This document shows, piece after piece, positions 47,838-56,629 of a stretch of 64,000 nt of DNA. The stretch lies in the IMG/VR virus record IMGVR_UViG_3300036802_000003, positions 32,001 through 96,000 of that record; one strand, given 5' to 3'. Source of the DNA: a virus (Duplodnaviria > Caudoviricetes). The notes below the pieces were generated by a model that searched no databases, was not told where the DNA came from, and saw only the letters and a list, made by a program, of their open reading frames with translations. Each line of letters begins with the position of its first letter. Positions within the stretch are counted from its first letter, which is position 1. The translations under genes were made by a program, and so were the position numbers.

Positions 47838-48014
47838 ATGAAAGAGATAACACTAGGTAATACAACGGTAACACAGACTGCTACAGAGATTAAGCTAAAG
47901 GTAAAGGATAAAGAAATAGATAAGATGGTTAGCCTAAATGGTGAGGCAGATATACGCAAACTAGAGAACCTAACGCCTATTGGTAAGACAATGGACATGG
48001 ATCTATATAAATAG
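47838..48014 (+). CDS. 58-aa hypothetical protein
   Basis: AAGGGGG RBS. Confidence 0.55.
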   Translation: MKEITLGNTTVTQTATEIKLKVKDKEIDKMVSLNGEADIRKLENLTPIGKTMDMDLYK

Positions 48015-48091
48015 TAGGACTAGAGTATGGTACAAGAATGACAAGCCATACTCTATTTTTATTTCTGTTAGTATATTAAGGAGGGATAACA

Positions 48092-48346
48092 ATGAATAGT
48101 ATTAATGATATACAAAAGTCTATCAACCAGATTGGTATGGAAGGTGTAGTAAGGTATCTACCAAAGGGTATGAAGCTACATCCATGTGACCTACATGGGA
48201 TGTTCCTATCCCACTATAAGGCAGAGAACCCTGTATGTCCTCTGTGTGTACAGACTGGTACAGGTGAAGGTACTACTGCTACTGATGTAGAGCATTATAT
48301 TAACATTAGAGACATGCTAGCAGTACCTCATAACCCCCACGAGTAG
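48092..48346 (+). CDS. hypothetical zinc-binding protein
   Basis: CDLHG...CPLC; AGGAGG RBS. Confidence 0.65.
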   Translation: MNSINDIQKSINQIGMEGVVRYLPKGMKLHPCDLHGMFLSHYKAENPVCPLCVQTGTGEGTTATDVEHYINIRDMLAVPHNPHE

Positions 48347-48520
48347 GGTTTCTATGAGGGTTAGGTAGAAAATCGTTTCCAATTAACAAAAAAGACTAGG
48401 GAAGAGATAGCGAAACCGCATCTCTTCCTTTTTTATTTTTTCTTTGCGTCCTATGTAGGTTACATCAGTAGCACATCAAAACCGTATAGGGTCAGCCAGT
48501 AGAGTAGGCTAGAGTAACAA

Positions 48521-48556
48521 AACGTCCTTGACTTCCTCACCTCACCATGACATAAT
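48521..48556 (+). promoter_or_regulatory. early sigma-A promoter
   Basis: AACGTCC-TTGACT-N17(TG)-CATAAT. Confidence 0.8.
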
Positions 48557-48632
48557 TGCTTCAAGCGAGAGGGGCACACCACACAAGGGAATCCCACTCA
48601 ACAAATATTCGAGAATAAAGGAGACGATAATT

Positions 48633-49451
48633 ATGGCATATCTAGTAAACGGTGAGGAAACAGTAGTAACAGTTAAAGAGGTAGGAGCTATCCTTGGTAT
48701 GAAGGTAACTAAGAAGGGTATCCTAGCAGGCGAGTATCCAGAGGTAGAGGTTGTAGAAGTAGAAGATACTAAGGAGGATGTTAATATGGAAGAGAATACT
48801 TTAGTAGAAGCAGCGGTAGAAGAAGGTAAGCTAGAAATCGTTATGGTAGGCGATGCACCTGCTACAGGTGAGCTAGAAGTAGTAGAGGAAGAGCAGGAGG
48901 AACTAGCTCTAGAAGAGGAGCCTATTGAGGAAGAGGTACATACTGAAGAGGAAGTACCTGCTCCTACTGAAGAAGAGCCTGTAGTAGAAGAGTCTAAAGA
49001 AGAGGTAGCAGACTGGAGAGCTATGGCTAAGAAACTTAAACAGCCAGAAGCTAAGGCTAAAGCTCCTAAGGTTAAGGAAGACCTAGCAGGTCAGGAAGTA
49101 GAGTACCCTGAAGTAGGACACTTTGACTCTATCGACGATATCAAGAAGTTCTACAAGCGCCTATCTATGGAGCAGGTTATGGAGTGGGCTGATATTGAGG
49201 GCTTAGAGTGGAAGGCTAACGATAACCCTGGTATCAATCGTATGAGAGTGTGCATGGCTATCAGTAACCACCACTTCCCTAAGAAGACTAGTGGTAAGAA
49301 GAAAGCTAAGTATGGTCACCTATCTACAGAGGATTTACTAGCAATGGCTATTGAGAACGATGTAGAGGTAAGAGAGCCTAAGGGCGATAACGAAAATATC
49401 CTACGCATGTACACTATCATGGCTTTACGTGAAGCAGGACTATTAGCATAG
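48633..49451 (+). CDS. paralog family member 2 (acidic linker plus tandem helical repeat)
   Basis: YPEVGHF...INRMRVCMAI...KKKAKYG...RMYTIMALREAG. Confidence 0.8.
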   Translation: MAYLVNGEETVVTVKEVGAILGMKVTKKGILAGEYPEVEVVEVEDTKEDVNMEENTLVEAAVEEGKLEIVMVGDAPATGELEVVEEEQEELALEEEPIEEEVHTEEEVPAPTEEEPVVEESKEEVADWRAMAKKLKQPEAKAKAPKVKEDLAGQEVEYPEVGHFDSIDDIKKFYKRLSMEQVMEWADIEGLEWKANDNPGINRMRVCMAISNHHFPKKTSGKKKAKYGHLSTEDLLAMAIENDVEVREPKGDNENILRMYTIMALREAGLLA

Positions 49452-49527
49452 GTGTTGCTAGCATAGCCCCTACGGGGGCTGTAGCACTGGAACATTATAT
49501 GTTACCTAGATAAAAGGAGTGGTATAT

Positions 49528-49839
49528 ATGAATATCCCTACAGAGGTAAAGGCTGGACAGTATTTCGTTACATTCAACTTTGGAGCGTCTTGTATAGTAG
49601 ATGGAGCTACAGGTGAGGTACTTTTCCTACACGATGAGGATGGGCTAGAAGATGGGGAAGGCTTTGTAATAGAGGAAGTATGTAATGAGGCTACTGGTGA
49701 GGAGCAACCGTGGTGCTTCCTAGTAAACAATAAGTTCTTCGTAGATAAGATGGTAGCAGAGGGTACATGGTACTGTGTAGTAAGCGGTAACGGTACTGAT
49801 GGCAACATTACAGGTATCTACAAAGGAGGTATGATTTAA
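49528..49839 (+). CDS. early hypothetical protein
   Basis: RBS within motif A. Confidence 0.7.
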   Translation: MNIPTEVKAGQYFVTFNFGASCIVDGATGEVLFLHDEDGLEDGEGFVIEEVCNEATGEEQPWCFLVNNKFFVDKMVAEGTWYCVVSGNGTDGNITGIYKGGMI

Positions 49840-50159
49840 TGACTAGTGTACTAGTAAATAACAAATTGTTACCTGCTGAAGTAATGGAGGAGATAGCCTT
49901 AAAGTTAACTATGCAGTGTGTAGAGTGGGAGAACATAGAAGGGGATATGTACCTAGTGCCTCCTAATATGCACGAGAATAATATGATGACTGTATGGGCA
50001 CATGCTGATCATATGAACGAGATACCTGCACTAGATGACCTACCACTCACTCATACGGAGGATATAAGTACTCATGGGGTTACAGTATCAGTGTATGAGG
50101 AATTCTACATTGACGTTACCTTCCTACACGTACTGGTGGTGAATACAGATGCCTCTTAA
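49839..50159 (+). CDS. early hypothetical protein
   Basis: AGGAGGT RBS. Confidence 0.7.
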   Translation: MTSVLVNNKLLPAEVMEEIALKLTMQCVEWENIEGDMYLVPPNMHENNMMTVWAHADHMNEIPALDDLPLTHTEDISTHGVTVSVYEEFYIDVTFLHVLVVNTDAS

Positions 50160-50379
50160 TATAGAGTACTCACAAGATGGGATAAGGGGTAGTAAGACAT
50201 ATGAGTCAATGAGTGCTATGCGTAGGTTTATAAAGACTAATGCACTCACTGATTACGCATTAGCTAGGTATATAGGGGATAACCCCTATGATAAGAGTAC
50301 CTACGCGATTATACAGCGTGGTAATGGCTATAAGCATAGTAGTGAGTATGACTATAAAAGGAGTGGATTGTATGAGTAA
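50149..50379 (+). CDS. early hypothetical protein
   Basis: ORF overlapping neighbours. Confidence 0.6.
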   Translation: MPLNIEYSQDGIRGSKTYESMSAMRRFIKTNALTDYALARYIGDNPYDKSTYAIIQRGNGYKHSSEYDYKRSGLYE

Positions 50380-50716
50380 GAAGGAAATGTATACCAGAGA
50401 AGAAGTAGAGCAGTGGGTAATAAACTTTGTACAGGAGCGTATAGCTGCTATTAAGCATAATGATAGTAACTATGAGGTAGAGGTAGATGACCTAGGAGAC
50501 ATCCTAGTACAGTTTAGAGTAGATGATATGTTAACTAAGTATAGTGCTACCGTCCTACAAGGACTACTAGAGCACTACCACGAGCAGTGGCTATCGTTCT
50601 ACCAAGAGCACTATAGTGGGCTAGCCCTAATGAATCGTACCCATGATAGCCTAGCCTATTACTATGAAGCATGGTACTACTTCTGTAGACCTGGTACCTA
50701 TAAGCTAGACCTATAA
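50372..50716 (+). CDS. early hypothetical protein
   Basis: AAAGGAGTGG RBS; terminator after. Confidence 0.7.
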   Translation: MSKKEMYTREEVEQWVINFVQERIAAIKHNDSNYEVEVDDLGDILVQFRVDDMLTKYSATVLQGLLEHYHEQWLSFYQEHYSGLALMNRTHDSLAYYYEAWYYFCRPGTYKLDL

Positions 50717-50834
50717 GCCCCTACATGGGGCTATTTTTATGCCTAGACGTCTCTATGGAGGGTAGGTAGAAAATCGCTTCAAATAAAACACTCCCACACT
50801 ATAGGGTCAGCCCGTAACTAGGATACCAGTAGGC

Positions 50835-50870
50835 AACGTCCTTGAGATTTTCTCCCCTCCGTGCGATAAT
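50835..50870 (+). promoter_or_regulatory. early sigma-A promoter
   Basis: AACGTCC-TTGAGA-N17(TG)-GATAAT. Confidence 0.8.
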
Positions 50871-50930
50871 TTTGTTACGGGGGACGGGAACAACGTCAAC
50901 CAGACTACAACACACTAGGAGGAAGATAAT

Positions 50931-51242
50931 ATGACAGTATCTAGAGAGGCAGTACAGGAAGCTTACCCTGTAGAGGTAGGAGTAGCAAACGTTCTTATAC
51001 TAGGGGAGGCTACCGAAACGTTTGGTGGTACCCTACAACAGGTTATACCGTATATCCAGGCTGGCTACAGCCACGTAGTAAGAGATAACTACCTAGACAC
51101 GTGGGTAGCCACAGAACCTTTACAGTTTACTGCTAGGGATATAGCAGATATTAAGAGAGCTGTATCTCCAGGTACATATGTTACCCTAGAGAACGACACT
51201 AAGGTAGCAGTATATACAGTGTGTCTAGAAGAAGATATGTAG
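50931..51242 (+). CDS. early hypothetical protein
   Basis: AGGAGG RBS. Confidence 0.7.
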   Translation: MTVSREAVQEAYPVEVGVANVLILGEATETFGGTLQQVIPYIQAGYSHVVRDNYLDTWVATEPLQFTARDIADIKRAVSPGTYVTLENDTKVAVYTVCLEEDM

Positions 51243-51319
51243 TCTGCTAGTACTTACCCTCAGGGGTAGGTATCCTGGAGCTTACATAAGAGCTACCTAG
51301 ATAAAAGGAGTGGTATATA

Positions 51320-51640
51320 ATGAGTACAGCTAAATTAACTTCAGTAACGGTGTGTGTAGAAAGAACTATTAAGGTAGGTACAATATGTCGTGTCAATACC
51401 AGCTATGGATACCTAGGACTGGATAGTGGTGAGGTAGAGGTTAAGAAGATTGTACCTACATCTGAGCTACCTAAGTATATCGACCTGTATGCATGGGAGC
51501 AGTTCCAAGACGACCCTAGCGATGTACAGAACTGGCAGTGGGTAGGGTTCCAGTATACAGACCCTAAGCAACGTGAGGACGATGACCACTACGAGTACTT
51601 CCCTGTAGAGGAGTTTGCAGACCATATGAGTCAGCTATAG
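51320..51640 (+). CDS. early hypothetical protein (paralog of 52743)
   Basis: L..G.V.V, WV...Y.D, Y.P...F shared. Confidence 0.7.
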   Translation: MSTAKLTSVTVCVERTIKVGTICRVNTSYGYLGLDSGEVEVKKIVPTSELPKYIDLYAWEQFQDDPSDVQNWQWVGFQYTDPKQREDDDHYEYFPVEEFADHMSQL

Positions 51641-51712
51641 GTTGCTAGGGCAGGCGATACTATCGCCTTCCTTATGGAGCTAATAGCTACCTAGATAAAA
51701 GGAGTGGTATAT

Positions 51713-52111
51713 ATGTTGAGTAAGAAGATGACACCGGTAGCGTACCTATATAGTGAGCGTGCTACAGCTACAGAGGTAGCAGAGTTTGTAAAGCGTGCTA
51801 TGGGTATAGGGCTAACTAAGTTTGTAGAGGATGGGGAGCAGTTTAACCTATTAGCGCTACCTGAGGAGTACCCAGATGACTGGGTAGAAGACCTTATAAA
51901 TGTAGTAATACCTACAGGAGCTATGCTACAAGAAGCAGTATGGCAGGGTAAGGATATCCCTGGTAAGACTCTATATGAGCACTATAGTGTGTGGGAAGTT
52001 AATAAGGTAGAGCGTAAGGGCGATGATAATAGAGCTATTATACGTAAGCAGAACGATAAGGATATCTACCTATTGTTCATAGACAACCCTTATGTGAGAA
52101 ACCCTAGATAG
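51713..52111 (+). CDS. early hypothetical protein
   Basis: RBS within motif A. Confidence 0.7.
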   Translation: MLSKKMTPVAYLYSERATATEVAEFVKRAMGIGLTKFVEDGEQFNLLALPEEYPDDWVEDLINVVIPTGAMLQEAVWQGKDIPGKTLYEHYSVWEVNKVERKGDDNRAIIRKQNDKDIYLLFIDNPYVRNPR

Positions 52112-52124
52112 TCTAGGGTAGGGG

Positions 52125-52160
52125 AACGTCCTTGATGTTTCCCCTGCTCCATGGTATAAT
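52125..52160 (+). promoter_or_regulatory. early sigma-A promoter
   Basis: AACGTCC-TTGATG-N17(TG)-TATAAT. Confidence 0.8.
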
Positions 52161-52211
52161 TTTTTCAAGAGGAGCAGGGGTGCTCCTACTAGAGGCTAGG
52201 AGGAGATAGTA

Positions 52212-52517
52212 ATGATAAAGGTAACATATAAATCGAATGTAGACTGTAATACTAAGGTGGCTATCATAGATGTAGATAAGGAGCAGGTAGTAAAGGATAC
52301 CTCTAACGACGGTACTAAGCTAGTAGATGTATCGGAAGATATGATCTGTACATTCGGTGTTATAGCCGATGGTAGGGACTATACTAGTTGGGGTACTGTG
52401 TACCACCTACTTATGAATAGCCTAGACGTTCCATATAAGGAGACACTAGGGCTAAACATAGAGGGTATCGAAGGCGTACCTATCCTAAAGCTAGAGCTAG
52501 CAGAGGAGGCAGAGTAG
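52212..52517 (+). CDS. early hypothetical protein
   Basis: AGGAGG RBS. Confidence 0.7.
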   Translation: MIKVTYKSNVDCNTKVAIIDVDKEQVVKDTSNDGTKLVDVSEDMICTFGVIADGRDYTSWGTVYHLLMNSLDVPYKETLGLNIEGIEGVPILKLELAEEAE

Positions 52518-52518
52518 T

Positions 52519-52695
52519 ATGCACGAGTGTACCTACTGTGGGGTGTCTAGCCCCTCCCTATCATGGGATAGAGCTACTGCGGATGAGTTCCTAGGTGAGG
52601 GATACAGCATGGATATGATAGGTAGCATCAGTAAGCAGGAGGTAGATACTATCCACATATGTCCAAGTTGTAAAGCAGATACTATTATTAAATAG
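52519..52695 (+). CDS. 58-aa zinc-ribbon protein
   Basis: AGGAGG RBS; CTYC...CPSC. Confidence 0.6.
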   Translation: MHECTYCGVSSPSLSWDRATADEFLGEGYSMDMIGSISKQEVDTIHICPSCKADTIIK

Positions 52696-52742
52696 AGCTA
52701 GGGGCATAGCCCCTAGTACTTACATATAAGGGAGAGGTTAAT

Positions 52743-53039
52743 ATGAACGAACTAGGTAACGCAGAGGCACACATCACTATAGAGGTAAAGCCAGGTAGCG
52801 AGTGGGATATACACCCTACATTTACAAATGGTCTACAAGACCTAGAGCCAGGTGGGGTAGTAGTAGACCATATGGCTAGATATAGAGAGGTACCAGAGGA
52901 CTATCAAGCTCTATTTACTGAGCAGGCATATACTCATCCTAAGGACAGTGTATGGGTGGCATATAAGTACTGGGATGATAACTCTACACTATACTACCTG
53001 CCTACTAAAGTTTTCTTAGGAGCAGTAACTCACAAATAG
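52743..53039 (+). CDS. early hypothetical protein (paralog of 51320)
   Basis: RBS; shared motifs. Confidence 0.7.
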   Translation: MNELGNAEAHITIEVKPGSEWDIHPTFTNGLQDLEPGGVVVDHMARYREVPEDYQALFTEQAYTHPKDSVWVAYKYWDDNSTLYYLPTKVFLGAVTHK

Positions 53040-53114
53040 ATATTGCTAGGTAGCCTTGTACGCAGGGCTACTCCTGGAATACCTATACTCACAGATAAAA
53101 GGAGAGAGTTGACT

Positions 53115-53345
53115 ATGATAAACCTATATGGAACAGTAACACCAGAGGTAAAGGAATGGATAGCAAAGGAGATACGTGGTAATATAGAGGGTACTAGTGC
53201 ATGGCTAGTAGGTAAGGGTAAAGACCCTATCAAGTATACGGAAGAGGATATTGAATGCCTAGTAATAGACTTCCTAAATGGGGTACATGAACAGGTTACT
53301 ATTGATATGGCTAGTAGATTCGAGATAGAGGGGGACTTACTATAA
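53115..53345 (+). CDS. early hypothetical protein
   Basis: RBS within degenerate motif A; weakly similar to next gene. Confidence 0.65.
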   Translation: MINLYGTVTPEVKEWIAKEIRGNIEGTSAWLVGKGKDPIKYTEEDIECLVIDFLNGVHEQVTIDMASRFEIEGDLL

Positions 53346-53563
53346 TGGGTACTATTACAGATGAGCAGGTATTAGAATGGCTAAAGGAAAAGGTAGTAGC
53401 AGAGGCTAAGAACTGTAGGGAGCAGGGCTTCCATGTACCTAGTATGACACAGTATGATGTGGATAGGGCTGCTAGTAACTTATTAGAGGATATAGACCAA
53501 CACTTGGTAGCTAAGGCTATAGAGGACGCACTAGGTATAGACATGAATAACCCAGACTACTAG
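53345..53563 (+). CDS. early hypothetical protein
   Basis: coupled start; terminator at 53572-53606. Confidence 0.65.
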   Translation: MGTITDEQVLEWLKEKVVAEAKNCREQGFHVPSMTQYDVDRAASNLLEDIDQHLVAKAIEDALGIDMNNPDY

Positions 53564-53842
53564 ATAATATACACCCTATATACACAAACGTATATAGGGT
53601 TTTCTTATGCTCGTTTCTATGAGAGGTACCTACAAATGCACTTCCTATTAAAGCAACTCGGTTCGCTCATCAGAATCTCCTCCCACCATTCAATCCCCTC
53701 CACCAACCTTTCGCTCTACAAAAAGTTCTAACACTCACCTACTCGAATTTCTCCTGCTTCAATCTTCTGACCCTTTCTCCTTTCTGGTGGATCCACTTAC
53801 AGAGTTGATATAGCACTCACATAGGAGCAGAGGAGGGCATAG

Positions 53843-53871
53843 AAAAAGGGAGTACCAATTGGTACTCCCTT
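53843..53871 (-). terminator. intrinsic terminator of the leftward early arm
   Basis: AAAAAGGGAGTACC-AATT-GGTACTCCCT. Confidence 0.8.
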
Positions 53872-53879
53872 ACACTCAC

Positions 53880-54185
53880 TTACATAGGGGACACTATAGC
53901 TATAGGAGGCAGTGTCTCTACTTCAAATCCACGCTCCGTATACCACTCAGTAGTGGCACTTATCCACTCACTCATACTTGTCTCTACGTCATCTATCTCT
54001 TCATCTAGAGGGTCTAACCCACGCACTCGATACATGATAGCCTTAACATCTGGGTAGTCAACCTCAGGTATCTCACCCTCACCACTCACTAGCAGTAAAG
54101 ATACATACTCACTCTCACGTATGAAGTCACCTGCATCTAAATCATAATATCCAAATGGCTCAACTGCTACTACTAACTTACTCAT
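53880..54185 (-). CDS. early acidic hypothetical protein
   Basis: RBS within motif A. Confidence 0.7.
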   Translation of the reverse strand: MSKLVVAVEPFGYYDLDAGDFIRESEYVSLLLVSGEGEIPEVDYPDVKAIMYRVRGLDPLDEEIDDVETSMSEWISATTEWYTERGFEVETLPPIAIVSPM

Positions 54186-54257
54186 ACTTACCACTCCTCT
54201 TATCTAGGTAACCAATAGGTTCCATGATACCCCCTCCGTAGAGGGAGTACTAGCAAC

Positions 54258-54668
54258 TTACTGAATCTTACCAGCCGCACGTAGTGCCATAATAGTACGC
54301 ATTCTCATAATCTGCTCGCTATCAGTAAACTCTACTGCTATATCGTTATCTAAGCAGAGTGTCATAAGAGCCTCCATAGTATAGTCTGCATATTTAGCTT
54401 TCTTCTTAGTAGATGGCTCCTTAGGATAGTGGAAGTATAGGATAGCCATACATACTCTCATTCTATGAATTTGTTCGTTATCATTAGGTGTGAATACTAA
54501 TCCTTCTACTTGACACCAATCCTCTAGGATAGACACATCCAGTTGCTTATAGAATTTTTGTAGCCATTTCTTATCCTCGAAGATACCTACCTCAGGATAT
54601 CCATTATTACTAGTAATCCATTCCATAGCGTCTACCTTACCGTTGATGATATTCTCTTTTTTACTCAT
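54258..54668 (-). CDS. paralog family member 3
   Basis: YPEVG.F..KK.LQKFYKQL...RMRVCMAILY...KKKAKYADYTME...RMRTIMALRAAG. Confidence 0.8.
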   Translation of the reverse strand: MSKKENIINGKVDAMEWITSNNGYPEVGIFEDKKWLQKFYKQLDVSILEDWCQVEGLVFTPNDNEQIHRMRVCMAILYFHYPKEPSTKKKAKYADYTMEALMTLCLDNDIAVEFTDSEQIMRMRTIMALRAAGKIQ

Positions 54669-54737
54669 ATCATATTCCTCCTATGCCTCTGTGGGCTGGT
54701 CTTGTAGGAGTCGGTGTGACCCGCTCCCCTTGAATAA

Positions 54738-54773
54738 ATTATATCACGGGTGTGCCGATAACTCAAGGACGTT
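54738..54773 (-). promoter_or_regulatory. early sigma-A promoter
   Basis: AACGTCC-TTGAGT-N17(TG)-TATAAT on minus strand. Confidence 0.8.
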
Positions 54774-55153
54774 TACTCGTATAGGATGGGGCATACACCT
54801 AGCCCTGTTGGGCTTTCTATGGGGGTTACCTACAAACTCCTTTCAAATAAAGCAATCGGAGTTCGCTTATCAATTACTTTCTCCCCACCAATATACCCAA
54901 CAACAACCCTTCGCTCATATATCTTTTGTATGTGAATTTCTCTCTTCTCTCTCTTTCATATACAAATGGTTCTGACTGATTTTGAAGCAGAAAACTGACA
55001 CAGAACAACACACCAAACACAATTTTTGAGCTACAACTTTTGTACCCAAATTTCTTGTTGAAACCGTTTTGAACCCTTTTGCCCTTCCACTCACAAAGAT
55101 GCGAAAACGGGCTAAAAGATGCCCTACACCCACAAACGCACAAAAATAGACAC

Positions 55154-55309
55154 CTACTTACTGTAGGTGTCTTGATACGCTTCTAACTGCTTCTCTACTC
55201 CAGGGTGTGTCCACGTCACTGCTGTATACACAAGGTTACAAGCTAGGTAAAGGAGCGTACACGCTCCTGTTACCACTAGCACTCGCTTAATCGTTCTAAC
55301 AGTCTTCAC
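55154..55309 (-). CDS. 51-aa single-TM protein
   Basis: GGAGGTG RBS, GTG start; basic N-terminus plus hydrophobic helix. Confidence 0.55.
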   Translation of the reverse strand: MKTVRTIKRVLVVTGACTLLYLACNLVYTAVTWTHPGVEKQLEAYQDTYSK

Positions 55310-55445
55310 TAGGCTCACCTCCGTTACAGTCGTCACAGATGTCCATAGGGTCATCATACGCTGGGTCATTAGGGCACTGCTTCTGGAACATCTTACCACA
55401 CAGGTCACACGTTACACTCTCTAGATAGTACTTTACGTTACTCAC
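55296..55445 (-). CDS. 49-aa zinc-ribbon protein
   Basis: GGAGGTG RBS; CDLC...CDDC. Confidence 0.55.
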   Translation of the reverse strand: MSNVKYYLESVTCDLCGKMFQKQCPNDPAYDDPMDICDDCNGGEPSEDC

Positions 55446-55762
55446 AGGATTCCACCTCCGATACTCACGATACCCTTACGAGCGTACCTCATCAGGTACT
55501 CTAGGTTGTTCCTAGCACTCTGCTCACTCACTACTCCAGTACTCATCAACGGTACTACACTGCCCACTAACGAGTCGTTCACTGCTACGATAGAGGCACA
55601 GAACTCATCCTCCTGCACTTGGTCTAGGATAACCACCCAGATAGACTCAGTACCTTCATACTCACGAGCATCACTGCCCACCATACGGAAGTAGTGCATC
55701 TCACTAGGTGAATTCTCCTCCAGAATAACCCACTCAGGGACGTACGTTTTAGTTTTACCCAT
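55442..55762 (-). CDS. early hypothetical protein
   Basis: RBS within motif A. Confidence 0.7.
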   Translation of the reverse strand: MGKTKTYVPEWVILEENSPSEMHYFRMVGSDAREYEGTESIWVVILDQVQEDEFCASIVAVNDSLVGSVVPLMSTGVVSEQSARNNLEYLMRYARKGIVSIGGGIL

Positions 55763-55839
55763 ACTAACCACTCCTTTTCACTAGGTAGCTAAGTAGCTCC
55801 AGGGCACCCACCCCCGTAGGGGTGAGCACTAGCAGATAC

Positions 55840-56019
55840 TTACCCCACTAGGGACGCTACTAACTCAACGTCCTCGTAGTCCACTGACAGGGCAATCTTA
55901 GACCCATCAGTACACTCAATGATGATACCGTTCCACTCACCTTCACCGTCCCAGTTCTCACTCACGGTACTCACAGTCTTACCCTCTAAGGACTTCACAA
56001 GACTCCAAAACTTACTCAC
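55840..56019 (-). CDS. early hypothetical protein
   Basis: RBS within motif A, GTG start. Confidence 0.65.
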   Translation of the reverse strand: MSKFWSLVKSLEGKTVSTVSENWDGEGEWNGIIIECTDGSKIALSVDYEDVELVASLVG

Positions 56020-56094
56020 ACTAACCACTCCTTTTGTCTAGGTAGCTTACACAAGCTCCATGGGATACCCCCCGTAGGGGGTAGCCTAGCAACC

Positions 56095-56496
56095 CTAAGC
56101 TTTCTCGATGTGACCTGCTGCACGTAGCGCCATGATAGTTCGCATACGCATAATCTGTTCAGACTCTGTGTACTCCACCGCCACGTCGTTGTCTAGGCAC
56201 ATCTGCATAAGCTGTTCCATAGTGTAGTCTGCGTACTTAGCTTTTTTCTTAGCGGAAGGCTCCTTAGGGAAGTGTAGGTACAGGATAGCCATACACATCC
56301 GCATACGGTTGATAGCCTCAGAATCCTCACAAGGTTTGAACTCTAGTCCTTCGATACCAATCCAGTCACCTAGAGTTACATCATCAAGTTGTTTGTAGAA
56401 CTTCTGTAGGTCTTTTTTCTCTGTGAAGTGCCCTACCTCTGGAAAACCGTTTTCCTCTACGTGCTTCACTGCGTCTACCTTTTTCGCTTTAGCCAT
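56095..56496 (-). CDS. paralog family member 4
   Basis: close paralog of 54258..54668. Confidence 0.8.
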   Translation of the reverse strand: MAKAKKVDAVKHVEENGFPEVGHFTEKKDLQKFYKQLDDVTLGDWIGIEGLEFKPCEDSEAINRMRMCMAILYLHFPKEPSAKKKAKYADYTMEQLMQMCLDNDVAVEYTESEQIMRMRTIMALRAAGHIEKA

Positions 56497-56593
56497 AATC
56501 AATCAATCTCCTTTTCGCTCTTGAGTTTTTTGTGTAGGTCGTGGGTACCGTCCGTGTGTTGCTCTGGTGTGGTGCCCTCTTCCTCTTGAACTA

Positions 56594-56629
56594 AGTTTAC
56601 CACGAAACGGAGGTAAAGTCAAGGACGTT
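56594..56629 (-). promoter_or_regulatory. early sigma-A promoter
   Basis: AACGTCC-TTGACT-N17(TG)-TAAACT on minus strand. Confidence 0.8.

Larger units (their letters stand above)
49456..56091. repeat. dispersed structured leader motif A, 7 copies, always in the sense orientation
   Basis: TGCTAG-hairpin-TGGA-hairpin-ACCTAG-RBS at 49456, 51245, 51643, 53044 (+) and 54255, 55834, 56091 (-). Confidence 0.85.

Noticed and set aside
54643-55143. ORFs 54643..54975, 54874..55143 and 54915..55133
   Set aside because: No RBS, atypical composition, overlap promoter and motif B
49456-56091. Motif A as CRISPR array, or as hammerhead ribozyme
   Set aside because: Copies are separated by whole genes, vary internally and have no cas genes nearby; the CUGANGA/GAAA core is absent
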